Shown here piece by piece: positions 53,471 through 64,000 of a stretch of 64,000 bases of DNA; position 1 is the first letter of the stretch; each line of letters opens with the position of its first letter. Under the pieces are notes generated by a model. The model was given only the letters and a program-made list of their open reading frames with translations, was not told where the DNA came from and made no database searches. The stretch is from Felis catus (Eukaryota). The DNA lies in NCBI RefSeq assembly GCF_018350175.1, contig NC_058383.1, positions 22,136,001-22,200,000 on the forward strand, written 5' to 3'. Made by a program: the position numbers and the translations under genes.

Positions 53471-55066
53471 CATTAATTTTTTTAAGCAGACATTCAAATA
53501 TAAAAATCACATTGATTTAAAACCATGGTGGGCAAAACCGGAGGTGCAAAGGGTTACTCTACGTTTTAGAGGATCACTGAGCATGAAGTTTTGTTATTCT
53601 GTCTCGGCTTTCATGACATACTTTGTTTTCATCTGTGATTTGTTTGATGCCACATCCCCAGCCTGGAGCAGAACTCTCAATTATTGTTACAGTTTCCATG
53701 GAAACATATGATCTATTCTCTCTCATTCCCTCACTGTTCCCCAAAGACCCACTCTCTCACTTCTCCAGCCACCCCCCAACTCTAACCATTTCCGAAAAGT
53801 CCTCTGATACTTCCGTTCCTCAAAAACTCTCCAACCTGTGTAGTTATGTGACCACAAAGGTGCAGAACTATAGGTAGAGTATGCTAACCTTTGCAGTAAC
53901 AAGGACAAAAAACCCCATATTTATATTTGGTAAATTAGCATGTAGGAACCAGAAGCATGCAAATTCAATGAACAAAATGTTTGCACGTGGAGGGCAGTAG
54001 CAGTGAGGGGGCACAGAAAGGTGTGAACCTGGGTGGGAGCAGACTTCTCAATGTTTATCCTTTCCATATAATTTTAATTATGAACCACGTGAGTACACTG
54101 CTTATTAAAAATAGAATTTCACTTTTAAAAACTCCCTGACGGGCTCATATTACCAGAACCCCTTCTTCATTTAGGCCCCTTCTTTCCTGGTCATCATCTG
54201 AATGCCCCTGTTCTTAGCAGTTTAAATCTCTTGACCTCACCAGTTTGTCTTTCATCCCTAAGCTTCCAGACTCCTCCTTTCCCACCCAGGTTGCCAGGTT
54301 GTGACCCTCTTCCTGTTCTGACTTCTTTTCCAACCTGATCTACATTCCATTTGTATTCATTTATTCCATACGCTTTTACTGAGCACCTACTTTAAGCAGG
54401 CTATGTTGGATCTGCAGTGGGCATTTCTCGTCCCAGAATCCTTGACTCCCTTATTACTGTAACCTTCTGGCTCACTGGTCCTATTAATTCTCCCCTTAGC
54501 TCAAATTTGCCACCAGCTTCCTCACGTCCACACCCAGGCTGCTCAGAGGTACCAGCAAAAATCACACAGAGGCATGGACCACTTCCATCACCAACTTTAG
54601 AGAGCTGCTCAGCAGTCTTACTGTGTTTTCCTGCTGTCACTCCCATTTGCTGCCCAAGCTCTGCAAACTCTCAGCCTTCACCTCAGATCCCTTATTTCAT
54701 CTCAGCAGATCCCCCTGTGACCCACGGACAGAGAAAATGCATGCATTCAATCCATAGGCACTGGATGAACAGTGGTGAACAGGGTGAACAGTGGATGAAG
54801 AGTGGCGAACAGGGCAGAGAAGGTCCTCCTCTTGTGGCATTCAGCTCTTAGCAGGAGTGGAGAGACAAACCAACCAACACACAAGAAGTGTACCATCCGG
54901 TTATGGCTGCTAGGAGAGAGTGGAATATGATGGGGAATGATGAGTGGCTGAGGTGGCTATTAGGGAAGGCTTCTCAGAAGAGGTGACGTGGCTGAGATGG
55001 GGGTTATAAGAAGGAGCCAGCCATGCCAAGAATAAAGGGAATAGCATCACAAAAGCTCTAAGAGAC

Positions 55067-55250
55067 AGGGGCGCCTGGGTGGCTCAGTCCGACTTCAGCT
55101 CAGGCCATGATCTCACGCTTCGTGGGTTCGAACCCCACATCTGGCTCCACAATGTCAGCAGAGAGACCACTTGGGATCCTCTGTCTTTCTCTCTCTCTGC
55201 CCCTCCCCCACTCACTCTCTTTCTCAAAAATAAATACATTTTAAAAAAAG
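55067..55250 (+). mobile_element. CanSINE
   Basis: SINEC consensus with a small deletion in the head. Confidence 0.88.
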
Positions 55251-55471
55251 TTTAACAACTGTGAGAAAAACAAACAAACAAAAGCCCTAAGAGAGGAAGG
55301 GGCTTTCTGTGTTTCAAAAACCCAAGGACCACGGCGGTCAGAGCACCGGGGGGGTCACAGGGGCAAGAAAAAGAAGTCAGGCAGAGAACTGGGATCAGAT
55401 TCTAAAGAGCAATGTAGGCCAAGGACACAGTATGAAATTTATTTCAGTGTGATGGGAAATCATTGAAGAGG

Positions 55472-55473
<2 letters not shown>

Positions 55474-55505
<32 letters not shown>

Positions 55506-55697
55506 TTAAGTTTATTTATTTATTTTGAGAAAGAAAGAGAGAAAGGTGCAGAGAAAGGAAAGAATCCCAAGCAGGCCCTGTGCTGTCAGCTCAGAGCCCA
55601 ATGCAGGGCTCGAACCCACGAACCATGAGACAATGACCTGACCAGAGCCAAAGTAAAGAGTTGGATGCTTAACTGACTGAGCCACCCAGGCGGCCCA
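55474..55697 (-). mobile_element. CanSINE with (ATT)n tail
   Basis: SINEC in reverse, with (TTA)n at about 55474-55505. Confidence 0.88.
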
Positions 55698-56817
55698 TCA
55701 CTGGAGAGTTTTAATCAGGGGAGCATCTTGACCTAATAATGTAACTGGTTCCAGAATGAGCACAGGTGCTAAATGGCAAGTTACTGGTTACAGGTAACAG
55801 GAGTGGCCGCAGGGAAGTCCAGCGGGTGTATGAGGTTTAGACTAGTGCTGCATTTGTGAAGGTGGAGAGAAGTCAGTAAATGCACAACATGCTTTGGAGA
55901 AGGATGTGTCAGCATTCGTGAATGGATTTCACACGGCTGGGGGAGGGGAGGGAGGCAGCTAAGAACAACGCAAGGAAAACTCCCAGATTTGGGGCTTAGG
56001 CTGCAGAGGTGGAGAAGAAATTTTTATTTTTTGCACACTTAACTTCATGGTATGTGTGAGATTTACACAAGACATATCTGTGGCACACAGAGGGATTAGA
56101 AGACCCCAAACAACACTAAACAACTCAGAAATACTTATAGCACAATCTCAGCTTCAGTAAAACAGCGTCTCCCAGTATCTATAAAAGTATCTAGAACCAC
56201 TCTACGAGTCCCAGGGTCATCCTTCAACTCTGCTGCTGTTTGAGAGGAGGGGTTCCTATTCTTGGCTGCAAAAGTGATCTTTTCCAAAAGGCACATCGGA
56301 TCGTGTCACTTCTCTGTTTAAAAACTTCCAATGGTTCCCCAGTGCTCTACGAATAAAATCCAAACTCTTCATCACAGCTCACAAGGCTTTGCAGGATCGG
56401 GCCCCTGCCCATCTCTGCAACTGCACATCCTCCTACCTCGCCCCGCTCATGACATCTTGGCCCCAACACCTTCTGATGGTACCTAGAGTGTGCCAAGCCC
56501 TTCTGCACCTCAGGACCTTTGCACTTGCTATCCTCTCAGCTGGCAACATTCATTCTTAGCCCTTGGAAGGTATAGCTAATTCATCCTTATCTTTCAGGGC
56601 TCACCTCCTCAGGTGGTCTAAATGGGTTCCCTCTGGATGTGTGTTTCTGGCGCACAGCAGGCTATTCATTTTCTTCACAGTTTTCATTATGAACTGTAGC
56701 GGGGATCTACTTTTTACTCTCTCCCTCGCTGGAATGTAAGCCCCATATGAACAGCAAATGTGCCTGCCTTGTCACCTGCCCTTCTGGAGTGGGTGCAGCC
56801 CCCAGGCCATACTGTAC

Positions 56818-56964
56818 CTTGCCAAAGCTTCCTTTCCCGAGCACCATCAGGAAGTTAAAATCGGTCAGTTTCATTCGGTCTCTGTTCCCATTGTTGTCAA
56901 GTTTGGATATGGTGTTGGTCGTCTTTTCTTCTGGAGCCTTGGTCCCCTGACCGATCTTGGCCCT
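56818..56964 (-). CDS. PRKCB: PRKCB coding exon (exon 9 by human numbering), 147 nt: V3 hinge and glycine-rich loop
   Basis: Translates RAKIGQGTKAPEEKTTNTISKLDNNGNRDRMKLTDFNFLMVLGKGSFGK, matching PKC-beta. Acceptor ...ttcctctgccag|AGG, donor AAG|gtacag. Phase 0/0. Confidence 0.97.
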
Positions 56965-58609
56965 CTGGCAGAGGAAGCACACAGAACACATCATTAGGGT
57001 TTGAGGATGCCCTTGTTGGAGGACACAGGTACACGCTGTGAGCTGTGGTTTCTGCAGCTCGCCCCCTCCCCCGGCCTGCATCTCAATGAAAAGCATGGCC
57101 AACATCCACTCTGCAAGCCCGAAACCTGGAAGCCACCCTTGGCACCTGTGTTTCTCTTTTATCCATCATGTCTCAGCCACCACCAGGAACTGTTCTTTCT
57201 TCCTCCTAGCTGTCTCCAGAATTCATCTTCCTTCCACAACCACCTGTTACTATGTTGCACCGGCACAACCCACCTTGGTTCCCCTCTCACTGGGCTTTTC
57301 ATGCAACCGGAGTGAGCCTCCACCTCTTCATACCCAACCAAGTCGCCACCTGCTTAAAAGCTGTGACCCACTAGGTTGGGGATAAAGACCTCGGTGCTTT
57401 CACTGGCCTACATGGCCCGGTATGATCAGGTTCTCCAACCTCATCACTTCTTGGATCCTGCCCTGCAACCCACCTTCATTTTTTCATCTCCCACCTCAGG
57501 GCCTTTGCACCTGCTCTTGCTACTACGGGATGGCTATTGTCTCCTCTTTGCCAACCGAGTTACCCCTGCTTCACATTTTCACTTCCCCAGGGAAGCCTTC
57601 CTTAACTGTCTATATCTGGATTAAATGTCCCTCTTTGCTTCCTTCATCCACTTTACCCCCCACTTATACTGGATGGTAACTGCTCACTGTTTTCCCCAAT
57701 GCACTGGAAACTCTGTGAAGGCACAGAATCTATCTCTGTAACTTCCCTGACAACTAATACAGTTTCCTGCTACACAAAGAGATGGATGGCAGAGGCCCGT
57801 GTTGGCCCTCAGTGCAGTGGGGGAGGGTCTCGCTGCTGTGAGCAGCAGAATGGTGACTCAGAATAGCAGCAAATGCTTTGCAATGGGGAGAGAAGAGAAG
57901 GCCAGCAGTGAGAGATACAATCGCCAGGACTTTGTTACTGGGTTCACCTCCAGGGCTACAATCCTGGCCCTGGAGTGGATGAGCGGTGCGATCCTGAGGA
58001 AGTCAGTCAGCTCAGGATGCTCCTCTGCTCAGATGTCCCGTACTTTAGCATCTCTCTCAGATAAAAGGCCAGAGGCCACAGACGACCTGGCCCCTCTGTA
58101 CCTTCTCCGATTTTGGCCTCTTCTCCTTGCATCATCCTGGCGTCATGGCTGTTCTCTGATAGCACCAAACACGCCCTTGCCCCTGGGCCTTTGCACTTGC
58201 TGTCCCCTGTGCCCAGAGTCCTCTAGTCCTCAGTCCCCTGAGCTTCCTCACTTCGGATAAGACAGCCTTGCCCAACAACGACACGCAGAAGCTCTCAGCC
58301 ACTGCCATTACCCTTCTTTACTTGTTTCTCATCATATCCCTTATCACCATCCTACAAACCCAATATTTACTTGTTTCTTAATGTCTCCTCTTTGTCCTCA
58401 CACTAGAACATGAGCTCCATGAGGTCAAGGATTTTGTCTGTCGTGTTCTCCTTTCTCTGGCACAGAGTAGGCACTTAGCTGTATTTGGCACTTAGTTCTT
58501 TCTAAACCTTAGTCCCCTTTTCGAGCACATGGAGATCATGAGAGAATGTATCTTGGAGTTCTTTGCACCATTCCTAGCACATAGTAGGTGCTCAACAAAT
58601 GCAAGCTAT

Positions 58610-58812
58610 TTTTTTTTTTAGGTTTATTTTGAGGGAGAAAAGCATGAGTGGAGGAGGGACAGTGAGAGAGGGAGAGACAGAAAATCCCAAGCAGGCTCCG
58701 CACTGTCAGTGCAGAGCTTGATGCAGGGCTCGAACTCACAAACCGTGAGATCATGACCTAAGCCAAAGTCAGAAAGTCAGACGCTTAACCAACCAAGCCA
58801 CCCGGGCGCCCC
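58610..58812 (-). mobile_element. CanSINE
   Basis: SINEC in reverse. Confidence 0.9.
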
Positions 58813-59219
58813 AACAGGTATTATTATTATTGTCCCATTATTCAGCTGTCTGTTAGAGACAAAGAGGCAACAAAAGTTTTTTCAGGGTTTTGAATTTCGG
58901 GAAAGACTCATTCATTCAAAAACTACCCAGCGAGTGCCTGCTAGCTGCCAGGTGATACTCTAGATGCTGAGGATCAATCAGGGAGAAAACCAAACATGGA
59001 TGCTGAAAGAATTTACACTACAGCAGGAACCGGGTCCCCCACCCTGTGTCCAAAGGATATTCTGGAGTTATCCAGATAAACAACTTGGTGTCAGCAGCAG
59101 AAACAGCATTTATGGAGCAGAGAGTAAGACATATTCAAAGAACCAAACACCATTTAGTGTGGCCGGAACACCGAGTGCAAGGTAGATGTGGCACAGGATG
59201 GACAGGACTTAACCCTGTC

Positions 59220-60136
59220 AAGAAGTCAATGCTGGGCGCCTGGGTGGCGCAGTCGGTTAAGCGTCCGACTTCAGCCAGGTCACGATCTCGCGGTCCGTGA
59301 GTTCGAGCCCCGCGTCGGGCTCTGGGCTGATGGCTCAGAGCCTGGAGCCTGTTTCCGATTCTGCGTCTCCCTCTCTCTCTGCCCCTCGCCCGTTCATGCT
59401 CTGTCTCTCTCTGTCCCAAAAATAAATAAACGTTGAAAAAAAAAATTAAAAAAAAAAAAAAAAAAGAAGTCAATGCTGGGGCGCCTGGGTGGCGCAGTGG
59501 GTTAAGCGTCTGACTTCAGCCAGGTCACGATCTCGCGGTCCGTGAGTTCGAGCCCCGCGTCGGGCTCTGGACTGATGGCTCGGAGCCTGGAGCCTGTTTC
59601 CGATTCTGTGTCTCCCTCTCTCTCTGCCCCTCCCCCGTTCATGCTCTGTCTCTCTCTGTCCCAAAAATAAATAAACGTTGAAAAAAAAAATTAAAAAAAA
59701 AAAAAAAAAAAGAAGTCAAAGCTGGGGCGCCTGGGTGGCGCAGTCGGTTAAGCGTCCGACTTCAGCCAGGTCACGATCTCGCGGTCCGTGGGTTCGAGCC
59801 CCGCGTCAGGCTCTGGGCTGATGGCTCGGAGCCTGGAGCCTGTTTCTGATTCTGTGTCTCCCTCTCTCTCTGCCCCTCGTCCGTTCATGCTCTGTCTCTC
59901 TCTGTCCCAAAAATAAATAAACGTTGAAAAAAAAAATTAAAAAAAAAAAAAAAAAAGAAGTCAATGCTGGGGCACCTGGGTGGCGCAGTTGGTTAAGCGT
60001 CTGACTTTGCTCAGGTCATGATCTTCTGATTCGTGAGCTTGAGCCCCTCTGGCCCCCTCTCTCTCTGCCCCTCCCCTCATACCTCTCTCAGTCTCTCAAA
60101 CGTAAATGAACATTTTTAAAAGAAGAAGTCAATGCT
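59220..60136 (+). mobile_element. Head-to-tail array of four CanSINEs (three young full-length, one older and internally deleted) bounded by five copies of a 14-bp TSD
   Basis: aagaagtcaatgct at 59220, 59464, 59710 (variant aagaagtcaaagct), 59955 and 60123. SINEs start at 59234, 59478, 59724 and 59969. Confidence 0.96.
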
Positions 60137-60672
60137 AATTATGAGCATAAAAGGCTTTCAGGAGGCCCTGGCATGATCATATTCCATTTAGAAGATCACC
60201 CTGAGTCCACAGAAGAGACCCATTTGAAGGAGGTGAGTTTGGGAACCACTGGACGTGACTAGAGACATCACAGTGCCAGATGCCGGGTGTCTCCGGCACA
60301 GAGGGAACAAAGTGGGTCGGTTTGGAGGTAGACTTATCGGAGCTGGGTGCAGCCTGGGCGAGAGGCTCAGGGATGAAGCCCTTGGCTCCTGTGTTGAGCA
60401 CCTATGAGGACAGGATGCTTCTCCACTCAGAGGAGAAGTGGAGAAGCGGCAAGTGTGGAGATGTGGGTGAGAGGGTGGGAAGCGCCTGACTTCAGACACA
60501 CGGAGACTCCCCCCTTTCCCACAGGGGCTTAAACTCTGAAGTTTACTTCTTCCTCGGGACACGCCTGCTCATTGTCGTTGCCCCATCTGTCCTGCTGACA
60601 AAGCATCCACCATTTTTCCTCTTTTTGCAACTGACGTTTTTTAATTTACATCCAAGTTAGTATATAATAATA

Positions 60673-60878
60673 GTTTTTTTAATGTTTATTTTTGAAAGAG
60701 AGACAGAGAGAGAGACAGAGACAGAGAGAGAGGAGAGGAGGAGACACGGAATCTGAAGCAGGCTCCAGGCTCCAGGCTGTCAGCACACAGCCTGATGCAG
60801 GGCTTGAACACACAAACCGCGAGATCACGACCTGAGCTGAAGTTGGATGCTTAACCGACTGAGCCACCCAGGTGCCCC
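60673..60878 (-). mobile_element. CanSINE
   Basis: SINEC in reverse. Confidence 0.9.
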
Positions 60879-61159
60879 TGTAAATTAATGTTTTAAATAT
60901 TACAGTGGATAGACTGAAACGCATAAATCTCAAGCGTACAGTTCTAGGAATTTGGACAACTGGATACACCCATGAAGCCAGACCCCAATCAAGAGAGGGA
61001 ACATTTCTATCACCCCCAGAAAGTTCTCTGTGCCCCTTCCCGGCCAATCCCCACTCCCACAAACACAACCTCTGTTCTGATTTCTATTCTCATAGGTCAG
61101 TTTCGTTTGCTCTTGAACTTCATCTAAATGGAATCATAGAGTGTGCCATAATCATAGAG

Positions 61160-61885
61160 TGTGACATAATAAGGAAGATATATTTGGTCTCTGCCCCTGG
61201 TTCCTGACACAGAGCTCCTAAAGTTCTTGTTAACTTACTGATAGGAGCATCTTGTATTCTAATTCTCTTGGTGGGCTCCTGGATGCAGCATGGTCACCAG
61301 AAGGACCAAGCCATGACTTTTCAGAAGCTTGGAATTTTCAGCCCCATCCCAGGGTTGGAGACCGAGTTAGTTAATAATCAGTCATGCCTCCATGATGAAG
61401 CCTCCATAAAAATCCCTAAACTATGGAGTTTAGAGAGCTTCCAGTGTGGTGAATCTCAACCCCCTGGGGGATGGAATCTCCTGGGCTCCTTGCAGACCTT
61501 ACCCTGTGTATCCCTTCATCTGGCTGTTCATCTGTATCCTTTATCATATCCCTTAATATATAATAAACCAGTAGAAGTAAGTGTTTCCCTGAGTTCTGTG
61601 AGCCATTATAGCATTATCAAATTTGAGGAGGGGGTGGTGGGGACCCCTGATTGGTAGCAAGTCAGACAGAAGTATGGGTGAGCTGAGAGCCCACAATTTG
61701 CGACTAGAGTCTAAAGTGGGGACAGCCTTGTGAGACCAAGCCCTCAACCTGTGGGGTCTACACCATCTCCAGGTGTCATCCGTGAATTAAATTGTAGGAC
61801 ACCCAGCTGGTGTCCACAGAGGACTGGAGAATTTCTTGGTGAGGGAAATCCGCACATTTGGTGAAGATCTGTGAAAGTCTAACAG
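61160..61885 (+). mobile_element. MER21-like ERV solo LTR inserted in an old antisense L1 fragment (about 60890-62120)
   Basis: tgtgacataataagg...atatatttggtctctgcccctggttcctgacacagagctcctaaa...aataaaccagta...gtaagtgtttccctgagttctgtgagcc...aattgtaggacacccagctggtgtcc. L1-like text on both sides. Confidence 0.75.
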
Positions 61886-62862
61886 GCTTCCCTTTATGGA
61901 ATAAGCAGTCCTTGCATCTGGCTGCTTTCGCTCATCATCGCGTTCTCGAAATGCACCCGTGCTGTTGCCTGAATCAGTGGTTTGTCCCTTTGTATTTGCT
62001 GAATAGCGTTCATTGTTTACATTTATCCATTCTCTTCTTTACGCGCATTTGTGTCATTTCCATTTGGGGGGCTGTTAACAGAGCTGCTGTGAACACACAC
62101 GGTCAAGTTATTTCCTAGTAAGATACGTGCTGATTCCAGCGTCCGTGGGGCAGCCAAGCATGTGCACCTGGGAAGCACATGCGGGGACAACTGGCATCTG
62201 AGCTGGAGACAGAGGTTTGGGGGTTACAGGCATAGAGCGAGTGGTTAAAAAATGAGCTCATCAGGTAGAGAAGCAAAGCGCCAGGGCAGAAGTAGCACTG
62301 CCTTTTCCAGGCCATTATCTTTCCATCATCCCAAATCCTCACCCTTTGGCCCCAGGGTTTTTTGCCCAGGCTGTCCTGACTCGAACACGTTCCCTCCTTC
62401 CTCCCTGACCCTACCGTCTTCCCTGCTTTAGGACCACATCTCCCACCTTCTTGGAATCCCGAGTCAGGACCCACTCAATCCACACACTGCATTCTCCAAC
62501 CTGTGAGTATCCAAATCCTGACTGTCCCTGGTCCCCAGCCCCCATTCCAGCCCTTAGGGGGACACCGCAGGTCTCAGCATGGCCGGCCAGTGAAGCACGA
62601 GTGAGGGACTCACCCAGTTTCTCCGTTTGCCTTTGCTTAGTGCAAAATTTTTTTTCTGTCCCTCAAGGAGCAGCAAATGGCCAACCAGCTTCATCCCTCA
62701 GTCCTGTGAGTAACCTCCCTCCTCTGAATTATGGGACCCAAACCCTCTTTCCACCCCCATCTCAACTTGCTTCTGTGACTTTTCCCATAGGTACAGGCTA
62801 TAGACCTATAAAGTGTATGTTCCCCATACAAGCTACAGTGTTTGTGTCTCCCCCAACCCCCA

Positions 62863-63240
62863 TGTAGGCTGTAAGGTTTGGGTCCTCCCCTCCAAAATTC
62901 ACACATTAAAATCCTAACCCACAAAGGTGATGGCATTAGGAGGTGGGGTTTTGGGGAAGGAATTAACTCATGAGGGTGAAGCCCTCATGGGGGGGCAGCA
63001 GTGACCTCCCTCCTAGAAGAGTCCCTCCCCCACCAAGAGCTCCATGGGTCCTTCCAGGGGGTGAGGACACAGTGAGAAGAGAGCCATCTAGGAAACAGGA
63101 ACGGGCTCCCTCACCAGAATATGACCAGGCTGCAGCTTTGATCCTGGACCTCCCAGCTTCCAGAACTGTGAGAAAAAAAGTCTCTATTGTTTAAGCCCAT
63201 GGGTTTTTTGTTGTTATAGCAGCCTGAACAGACTAAACCA
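62863..63240 (+). mobile_element. MaLR solo LTR (MLT1A-like)
   Basis: ccaaaattca...aaatcctaaccc...ttaggaggtgggg...gtgaggacacagtgagaag...ccagaactgtgaga...ttgtttaagcc...ttatagcagcctgaacagactaa. Confidence 0.8.
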
Positions 63241-63326
63241 GATTCTAAACTCTGGATCAGAAGTCTAATGGCCCCATCCGCCTGGTTTGCACAGTGCTGA
63301 TGTTGTTTTAATAATTTAAATTAGTT

Positions 63327-63549
63327 GGGGCGCCTGGGTGGCGCAGTCGGTTAAGCGTCCGACTTCAGTCAGGTCACGATCTCGCGGTCCGTGAGTTCGA
63401 GCCCCGTGTCGGGCTCTGGGCTGATGGCTCAGAGCCTGGAGCCTGTTTCCGATTCTGTGTCTCCCTCTCTCTCTGCCTCTCCCCCGTTCATGCTCTGTCT
63501 CTCTCTGTCCCAAAAATAAATAAACGTTGAAAAAAAAAATTAAAAAAAA
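63327..63549 (+). mobile_element. Young CanSINE (same subfamily as the 59.2-kb array)
   Basis: Near consensus and CpG-rich. TSD aatt(t)aaattagtt. Confidence 0.95.
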
Positions 63550-64000
63550 TAATTAAATTAGTTGACAACTGTTGAAAATCAGATGTTCTATAAAAACCCA
63601 TATTTGCAGCTTCTTTCAGGGAAGTAAATATGGCCACATGGGGCCCCATCCAGCAAGGCATAGTGTTTTTAGATAGGACATGTTCTCTCCAGTTTCCCAC
63701 AGTCCCCACCATGCCCTATTGTACGACACCAAGCTTTTTTCCCTCCTTGTTTCCTGCCTGGCTCCTGAAAGCATTTGGGTTTGTGACCCCCTATACGGTG
63801 AGCCTGTGGAGGACAAGAAGCCCATTCTGGGTCTCCTCTGAAAGTCCCATGATCCCCAGGAGCCCCAGGCCTAGCAGGTACTTTGTCAAAGAGCAAAACT
63901 TTTTAAATTGAGGCCCAAATTAAAATTAGCCCCTATCCTTCCGGGTTGGATATGTCTTCAGATACAGGAGTACACTAAGAGTTGTCTTTTCATGTCTGCA

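Noticed and set aside
59220..60136. Regularly spaced short direct repeats that superficially resemble a CRISPR array
   Set aside because: The spacers are near-identical SINEs, the repeats are TSDs, the context is mammalian, and there are no cas genes.

Overview
Eukaryotic (mammalian) genomic DNA, almost certainly from a felid, based on the SINEC_Fc-type CanSINEs and an L1_Fc-type 3' end. The window lies entirely inside the protein kinase C beta gene (PRKCB) on the minus strand. Seven GT-AG coding exons were reconstructed by hand (9-15 by human numbering, recalled from memory): 56818-56964, 30586-30759, 18115-18206, 16203-16265, 10955-11093, 1841-1921 and 1446-1553. They splice into an uninterrupted 804-nt / 268-aa segment covering the V3 hinge and most of the kinase domain, with GxGxxG, AVK lysine, YRDLKLDN, DFG and [12 protein letters not shown] intact. 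The two smallest exons are missing from the ORF track. The rest is intron, filled with about 28 CanSINEs, L1 fragments, MaLR/ERV LTRs, DNA-transposon fossils, MIR/L2 relics and microsatellites. Nearly all other ORFs in the track are spurious or repeat-derived. I see no convincing new biological system. The most unusual structure is a head-to-tail array of four SINEs, each bounded by the same 14-bp target-site sequence (59220-60136). Secondary observations are nested transposon stacks, inverted SINE pairs around an in-frame exon block, and a possible in-frame cryptic donor after exon 9. Repeat family names come from recognition, not a database search.
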